Assembly: GCA_029250275.1 (NCBI GenBank)
Contig: JAPFBP010000002.1
Location: 23,014 to 87,013 of the forward strand
Source: Nitrosopumilus sp.
GTDB lineage: Archaea; Thermoproteota; Nitrososphaeria; Nitrososphaerales; Nitrosopumilaceae
Length of the DNA stretch: 64,000 nucleotides
Direction: 5' to 3'
The notes under the pieces are model-generated. The model had not been told where the DNA came from and searched no databases. It was given only the letters and a program-made list of their open reading frames with translations. Position numbers and translations under genes: made by a program. The first letter of the stretch is position 1. Each line of letters opens with the position of its first letter. Below are positions 58,777-64,000 of the stretch, piece after piece.

Positions 58777-59584
58777 ATAACAATCCAGCTGACTTTATTC
58801 CCATAGTTCCTGCAAGCAATCCAATTGCGATTAAGACAATAGTTCCTGCAGGAGTAATATCAAAGATGTAAGAGACTAGAATTCCTACTATGACTGAAAA
58901 AACAGAAAAACTCATTGAAATGATTGCTGTTTGTTTGAATCCTTTACCATACATTATTGCTGTAACATTAGGAATTACAAATAGAGCTGAAATTAACAAC
59001 ACCCCTACTAGTTGAATTGATGTAACTACAGTAATTCCTGCCATAAACACAATCAAGTAATTTATTTTTTCTACAGGAATTCCACTAACTTTAGCTTGTT
59101 CTTCATTGAATGTTGAATAAAGAAGTTGTCGATAAAGTAATAAAATTACAATTAGAATTGCTCCAGTTAATGCTAAAACTAGAATTGTGTCATCTACACT
59201 TACAAGTAGAATACTACCAAATAGAAAACTAAAGATATCAATTGTAAATCCACCAGATAATCCAATAATTACGAGCCCAACTGCTATGCCTGAAGACAAT
59301 AAAACGGCAATAGATGCATCACCAGATATGTTGTATTTGTCTTTGATTTTTGTAATTATCAGTGCGCTAGCTATAGAAACAGCATATGCAGTCCATAAGG
59401 GATAAACACCAGCCAGTAACCCTAAAGCAATTCCACCAAATGATGAATGTGCTATTGCATCACCAAATAATGAATAACGTCTTAAAACTAGAAACAATCC
59501 CACCACTGAACAAAGAATTGCAATTGCAACACCAGAAATTAATGCTCTATGCATAAAACTGAAAGTTAGAATTTCAAGAGACAT
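58766..59584 (-). CDS. znuB: Zn/Mn-type ABC transporter permease
   Basis: LRRYSLFGDAIAHSS, FLFGSIL, FNEEQAKVSG, VGVLLISALFVIP. Confidence 0.93.
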   Translation of the reverse strand: MSLEILTFSFMHRALISGVAIAILCSVVGLFLVLRRYSLFGDAIAHSSFGGIALGLLAGVYPLWTAYAVSIASALIITKIKDKYNISGDASIAVLLSSGIAVGLVIIGLSGGFTIDIFSFLFGSILLVSVDDTILVLALTGAILIVILLLYRQLLYSTFNEEQAKVSGIPVEKINYLIVFMAGITVVTSIQLVGVLLISALFVIPNVTAIMYGKGFKQTAIISMSFSVFSVIVGILVSYIFDITPAGTIVLIAIGLLAGTMGIKSAGLLSKN

Positions 59585-59586
59585 GA

Positions 59587-60309
59587 CTAATGATGATGCA
59601 TATGTTCCTGCATTGAGGCCTCAGAATATTGTTTAACTAGTGCATCATCAGAAAAGAATTTTTCAGATTCACCATGAAAGAATAAAGTTCTATTTAGACA
59701 TGCTACATGATTTGCTAGTTGATTAACGGCATCCAAATCATGAGATGACCAAATAATGGTAATTTTTTGTTTAGAATTTAATTCACGTAGAATGCTGTAA
59801 AATAAATCAATACTTTGTTGATCAATTCCAGTTACGGGTTCATCTAAAATCAAAATTTTTGTGTTATTTACCAAAGCCTTTGCAATAAACACACGTTGTT
59901 GTTGTCCACCAGATAATTCTCCTATTCTTCTTTCACGAAGTTCATGTATCCACAATTGTTGTAAAATTTCATCAATTTTATTTTCATCAGATTCTTTTCT
60001 TAATCCCATTCGAACAACATCAGTAACAGTTACTGGAAAATTTTTCTCAAAGATTGGCTTTTGTGGAACGTAACCGAGTTGTTTCAAATAATTTTTTGAT
60101 TTTTTAATATCTTCATCAAAAAATTTGATTGTACCTGTATATTTTGTATAAAGCCCAAGCATAGAAGCAAAAAGTGTTGATTTTCCAGCACCATTTGGTC
60201 CAATTATGCCTAAAAAATCACCTTGATTAACTACTAAACTAATGTCATCAAGAGCCTTGACATCAGGATATTGAACAGTTAGATTATTTATTTCAACTAT
60301 TTTCAACAT
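59587..60309 (-). CDS. znuC: Zn/Mn-type ABC transporter ATP-binding protein
   Basis: GPNGAGKST, YVPQ, LSGGQQQR, LDEP, SHDL; C-terminal EHMHHH. Confidence 0.94.
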   Translation of the reverse strand: MLKIVEINNLTVQYPDVKALDDISLVVNQGDFLGIIGPNGAGKSTLFASMLGLYTKYTGTIKFFDEDIKKSKNYLKQLGYVPQKPIFEKNFPVTVTDVVRMGLRKESDENKIDEILQQLWIHELRERRIGELSGGQQQRVFIAKALVNNTKILILDEPVTGIDQQSIDLFYSILRELNSKQKITIIWSSHDLDAVNQLANHVACLNRTLFFHGESEKFFSDDALVKQYSEASMQEHMHHH

Positions 60310-61199
60310 AATGCCTCCTTTAGATTTTCAAGATTTTGATTCATTTTTGAAATATAATTTCCATCAGAAACAATTTCAAGTGGAGATAAAACTAAAACTT
60401 TTCCTCCTATTTCATTGGCAATTATTTGAGAAGTTTTTGTATTAACAGATTCTTCACTAAAGATTACTTTGATATTTAATTCTCTAGCTTTTGAAATAAC
60501 ATTTTCCAATGTTTTTGCAGTAACTTCTCCATGGGAATTACTTGATGGAATTATGGTATGTTGATTCAAATCATATTCTTCAGCAAAATATGAAAATGCA
60601 TCATGAAATGCAATAAAATCATTATTACAATTAGATAATTCAGTTCTAATTTTTGAATCAAGTAAATCTAATTTTTCGCTATATTGTGCAGCATTTGCGT
60701 GATAAAACTCTCCATTTTTAGGATCATAATTTGAAAAAGCTAGTGCAATATTTTGTACTTGTTTTTTTGCATAAACAGGATTTAGCCAAATATGTGGATC
60801 AGCAGTATTTTCTTGATCTAAATTATTAATTAAAATTCCATCGCTTGTATCAATTATAATTCCTTGATAATTATTTTCAGCTAAATTATCTACCCAATTT
60901 TCAAAACCTATTCCATTAATTATAATTAAATCAGATTTTTGAATCTCTTGAACATCTTTTATGGTTGGTTCCCAATCATGTGGTTCAACTCCAACTGGAA
61001 CTAGTAATCTAACATCAACTTTATCCTGTCCAACTCTTTGTGAAAATTCATGAAGTGGATTAAATGATGAGATTACCTGCAGTTTAGAATTATCAATTGG
61101 AGTATACTGTTGATTGGAATTAGTACTGTAAACAACAATTGATGTTAATGGGATTACTATTACGATTGCAATAATTGCTAGTTTTGTTTGTGTATTCAC
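60303..61199 (-). CDS. znuA: Cluster A-I metal ABC substrate-binding protein
   Basis: EPHDWEP, DPHIWLNP, FHDAF.YF, LSPLE. Confidence 0.93.
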   Translation of the reverse strand: MNTQTKLAIIAIVIVIPLTSIVVYSTNSNQQYTPIDNSKLQVISSFNPLHEFSQRVGQDKVDVRLLVPVGVEPHDWEPTIKDVQEIQKSDLIIINGIGFENWVDNLAENNYQGIIIDTSDGILINNLDQENTADPHIWLNPVYAKKQVQNIALAFSNYDPKNGEFYHANAAQYSEKLDLLDSKIRTELSNCNNDFIAFHDAFSYFAEEYDLNQHTIIPSSNSHGEVTAKTLENVISKARELNIKVIFSEESVNTKTSQIIANEIGGKVLVLSPLEIVSDGNYISKMNQNLENLKEALC

Positions 61200-61210
61200 A
61201 AAGCAACTCG

Positions 61211-61244
61211 ATTAAGATTATTAATAAATTTATAAAATCTTAAT
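61211..61244. promoter_or_regulatory. Putative NikR-type operator: attaagatt-N16-aatcttaat
   Basis: Perfect 9-16-9 dyad between the divergent znuA and nikR; overlapping 7-15-7 dyad at 61218-61246. Confidence 0.55.
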
Positions 61245-61289
61245 AAGATTAATTGCTAAACTTATAAGATAATTAATAACATTAGACAT

Positions 61290-61673
61290 ATGCCAATAGT
61301 TTCAATCTCTCTAAATGATGAGATTCTAGCAGAATTAGACAAGATTCAATCTTCAATGGGATTTTCTGGAAGGTCAGAAGCCATCAGAGCAGGAATTAGG
61401 ACATTTGTTTCTGAAGAAAAACAAAAAGCCAATTTGTCAGGAAATATTCATGCTATTCTCTTAGTTGTTCATAATGATGAATTTGATCATATAGTTTCAG
61501 GAATTACACATAATTTTGAGGATTTAATCACAACACATCTTCATAGTAAAATCGACAAAAAAAAATGCATGGAGCTTTTTGTAATTAATGGAGATGCAGA
61601 AAAAGTATCTACAATTACAAAAGATTTTCAGAGAAATAAAAATATGGATACTGTAAAGTTAGTGGCACTTTAA
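61290..61673 (+). CDS. nikR: NikR-family (RHH + ACT-like) metal-responsive regulator
   Basis: IVSISL...SRSEAIR; metal site ITH..HLH..C matches E. coli NikR His76/His87/His89/Cys95 spacing approximately. Confidence 0.88.
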   Translation: MPIVSISLNDEILAELDKIQSSMGFSGRSEAIRAGIRTFVSEEKQKANLSGNIHAILLVVHNDEFDHIVSGITHNFEDLITTHLHSKIDKKKCMELFVINGDAEKVSTITKDFQRNKNMDTVKLVAL

Positions 61674-63025
61674 ATGAATAATTGATTTTTTCTAGATACA
61701 AAAATAATACTCATTGTAGAAATTACCAATATCAATAATGCAATAGTTCCAAATTCAGGTACAACAACTAGTACAAATTCAGTTTCTTGTCCTGTATTTC
61801 GAATATTTTCAAATTTGATAATTGTAGGACCAGTCTGATCTTCAGTAAATGTGAATTTTTCAAATTCCCCACCAATTTGAGCCAGTCCGGAAATACGATA
61901 AATTTCTTTGCCATTTTGAATTATCACAAATGTATAGTCAGAACTTCTTAGAGGTTCATTAGTTCTTCCATCTCTAATTGTAAAAATAAAATTAGTGGCA
62001 ACACCAGGTTCTACAACCATTGGATCCCATGAGAGGTTTATTTTGAAGTCTTCACTTTTTGTATATGCTTCTAATGGAAATGCTTTATCTGTGCTCATAG
62101 AAATTGTAAATATCATATTTTTAGGAAATTCACTAAGATCTTTTTTCATTTCATTTTTCAAATATCGCAAATGATCTTGTAACAAAACAAAATGAACTAT
62201 TCTTTCATCATCTTCTGTATAGTCATCAACAGAAACTGAAGATTTGAATAATTCAATTCCATTTACATATCCAGAATAACTAGGTGCTAAAAATTCGACA
62301 AACTCTTTTGGAAAATGAGTTTCTACGTGAACCACAGAAACATGTGACATTTGTTTTTCACTCCAGTCAAATGGCATTTCAAATGTTACTTGATTAGCCT
62401 CATAATCATAATTGAAATTAGAAATTGTATCAAAATACGACTTTGAACGAAAATCTACATCATTATTTTTAGAGTCTTTTTGAGTGAATGAAACAGTCTC
62501 AATTACGCTCAAATCAGCATTATACATTCCAGATTCTATGATATTTGTAGGTTCATCAATCGTTCGTATCTCAATTTCAAAATTATACAAACCACTTGAA
62601 TCAAACAATGGTCCTGTAATTTCTAGAGGATTAGATTCAGTTCCATGCCATGCTCCAAGCAATGAGTCTTGTTCACCATAAATTGTAATTTCATCTTCTT
62701 GTGTAGGATTGATTTTGATTTGTAAAATACCATCTTCTGTAAAGAAATAGTTTCTAAAGATCATTTCATTTTCATGAAACAGACCAATTAGGAAGGTAAC
62801 GTTTTTTGCATTTTCTTTTGTTGCATCTTCAGTTGCAGTAATTGTAATTTGTTCTTGATCATTTTCAAAAGTCATTGGCATCTCTACAGAGATTGAAAGT
62901 TTTTTTCCTTGAATGTCTATTGAAGAAATTGTATCAAGACCAAATCCATGTCCATAAACACTACTTAAAGGAAACAACAAACATGAAATCAATCCAAATA
63001 TTACAAATTTTTTTAAAGATATCAT
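61670..63025 (-). CDS. Exported PEFG-CTERM protein with mature N-terminal HGFGL (paralog of 51696..53423)
   Basis: Signal ending VYG then HGFGLD; shares FDMPF.W, VHVE..PK and VHF with the 575-aa paralog; VVPEFG anchor. Confidence 0.85.
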   Translation of the reverse strand: MISLKKFVIFGLISCLLFPLSSVYGHGFGLDTISSIDIQGKKLSISVEMPMTFENDQEQITITATEDATKENAKNVTFLIGLFHENEMIFRNYFFTEDGILQIKINPTQEDEITIYGEQDSLLGAWHGTESNPLEITGPLFDSSGLYNFEIEIRTIDEPTNIIESGMYNADLSVIETVSFTQKDSKNNDVDFRSKSYFDTISNFNYDYEANQVTFEMPFDWSEKQMSHVSVVHVETHFPKEFVEFLAPSYSGYVNGIELFKSSVSVDDYTEDDERIVHFVLLQDHLRYLKNEMKKDLSEFPKNMIFTISMSTDKAFPLEAYTKSEDFKINLSWDPMVVEPGVATNFIFTIRDGRTNEPLRSSDYTFVIIQNGKEIYRISGLAQIGGEFEKFTFTEDQTGPTIIKFENIRNTGQETEFVLVVVPEFGTIALLILVISTMSIIFVSRKNQLFI

Positions 63026-63027
63026 AA

Positions 63028-63735
63028 TTATACTATCAATAATTCTTCAACTCGCTTAATTAGTTCATCCATAGTTGTAGCCTCTAAAATTGGCTGTAAC
63101 TCATTTGGATCCTTAGCACCAATTGCTGATAATGAGTAAATATAATCAACTGTTGGGGTATCAGTATTAAGATAATATTGTTCCAAAACATGATCCAATG
63201 AATGTGAATCTACAATTTGAGGCAAAGCTTGTTTAATGATTTTCTTTTTCCATAATTCAACTAATTTTACCCATTTCTCAAGTAAGATATTTTCATCAAT
63301 TTCAGGAATCATTTCAACTTCTGCTTGTATGTACATTTTTTCTTTTGTTCCAATTTTTTCATGTATTTCAGAAATTTCTTGATGTCCCTCAACTGAAAGA
63401 GGATCATAATTTACTGGTTGTGTAATAGATGGTGGAATTATTCGTTTAATTTTAAATGAATTTCTTCCAATTGTTTCAATGTGTAATTGTAATCCATCCA
63501 TTTCTACATCTTCACACTTAGAAATTTTAGCAATAGTACCTACTAATTTAGGGGAATTCCAGCCATTGACAGAATTATTTTCATCAATCAAACATACTCC
63601 AAACTGACCATCCCCAATCATGCAATCATCAACTAATTGCTTGTAGCGAGGCTCAAAAATTCGAAGTGGAAGTGCTTGTCTTGGAAATAAAACCAAGTCT
63701 AAGGGAAAAATTGGAATAATTTTTGTTCCGGTCAA
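63028..63735 (-). CDS. LON substrate-binding (N-terminal) domain protein, no ATPase or protease domain
   Basis: PIFPLDLVLFP..LPLRIFEPRY, FGVCLI, VGTIAKI, GRNSFKI. Confidence 0.88.
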   Translation of the reverse strand: MTGTKIIPIFPLDLVLFPRQALPLRIFEPRYKQLVDDCMIGDGQFGVCLIDENNSVNGWNSPKLVGTIAKISKCEDVEMDGLQLHIETIGRNSFKIKRIIPPSITQPVNYDPLSVEGHQEISEIHEKIGTKEKMYIQAEVEMIPEIDENILLEKWVKLVELWKKKIIKQALPQIVDSHSLDHVLEQYYLNTDTPTVDYIYSLSAIGAKDPNELQPILEATTMDELIKRVEELLIV

Positions 63736-63785
63736 CTAATCATATTGAAACGTCTCTAGATATATGGAATACGAATTTTCTAAAT

Positions 63786-64000
63786 TTAAAATCCATTCTC
63801 ATTTAGAATCATACCTAAAAGAGCAGCACGAGTGTGTTTTCCATACTCAGCTTGCTCAAAGTACTTGGCATTTTTTGTTTTATCAACATCAGCTGAGATT
63901 TCATCGATTCTTGGTAATGGATGTAAAATTATTGAATCATCCTTCATTCGTTTTAGCATATCCAATCCTACAACATAACTTCCTTTGACTTTGAGATATT
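63786..64000 (-). CDS. pyrB: Aspartate carbamoyltransferase catalytic subunit, 3' end only
   Basis: Manually translated: ...YLKVKGSYVVGLDML..IILHPLPRIDEISADVD..YFEQAEYG..RAALL..ENGF*. Confidence 0.95.
   Translation of the reverse strand, partial: YLKVKGSYVVGLDMLKRMKDDSIILHPLPRIDEISADVDKTKNAKYFEQAEYGKHTRAALLGMILNENGF

Noticed and set aside
63764-63988. 74-aa plus-strand ORF
   Set aside because: Antisense to the clear pyrB C-terminus (HPLPR).
1-64000. Mobile element, prophage or defence island
   Set aside because: No transposase, integrase, terminal repeats, viral hallmark or restriction/toxin genes recognised; tRNA-Gly is flanked by core genes with no att duplication seen.

Overview
AT-rich archaeal chromosomal segment, almost certainly from an ammonia-oxidising Nitrosopumilus-like thaumarchaeon. 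The evidence is archaeal r-proteins L44e/S27e/S19e, TFE, thermosome, aNAC, Trm56, Nep1, GTP cyclohydrolase III, and PEFG-CTERM, CFI-box-CTERM and WIKNNAxWW surface-protein motifs. It is mostly core genome: methionine salvage (mtnA), late cobalamin synthesis (cobY-cobS-cbiB-cobQ-cobD), asd, heme o synthase, a riboflavin operon, tRNA-Gly(TCC), class II RNR (nrdJ), thiolase/DUF35, a ~11 kb metal/copper-handling and surface-protein cluster (CopC-CopD fusion, cupredoxin, Znu-type ABC, NikR), and the 3' end of pyrB. No CRISPR, IS or prophage is visible. The best candidate for an undescribed system is a wHTH + ATP-cone + class III RNR-fold protein directly upstream of nrdJ. It lacks the catalytic cysteines and the glycyl-radical loop, so it may be a dNTP-sensing pseudo-enzyme regulator. 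Other leads: (a) exported proteins with His at the predicted mature N-terminus, next to a NikR-type regulator with a 9-16-9 dyad; (b) an amidohydrolase in the ArfB slot of the riboflavin operon; (c) a CobQ with no glutaminase domain; (d) a Lys-rich SWIB-like protein and phasin-like proteins; (e) about six decayed genes, two apparently formed by microhomology deletions. All family assignments come from motif recognition by eye; no searches were run.
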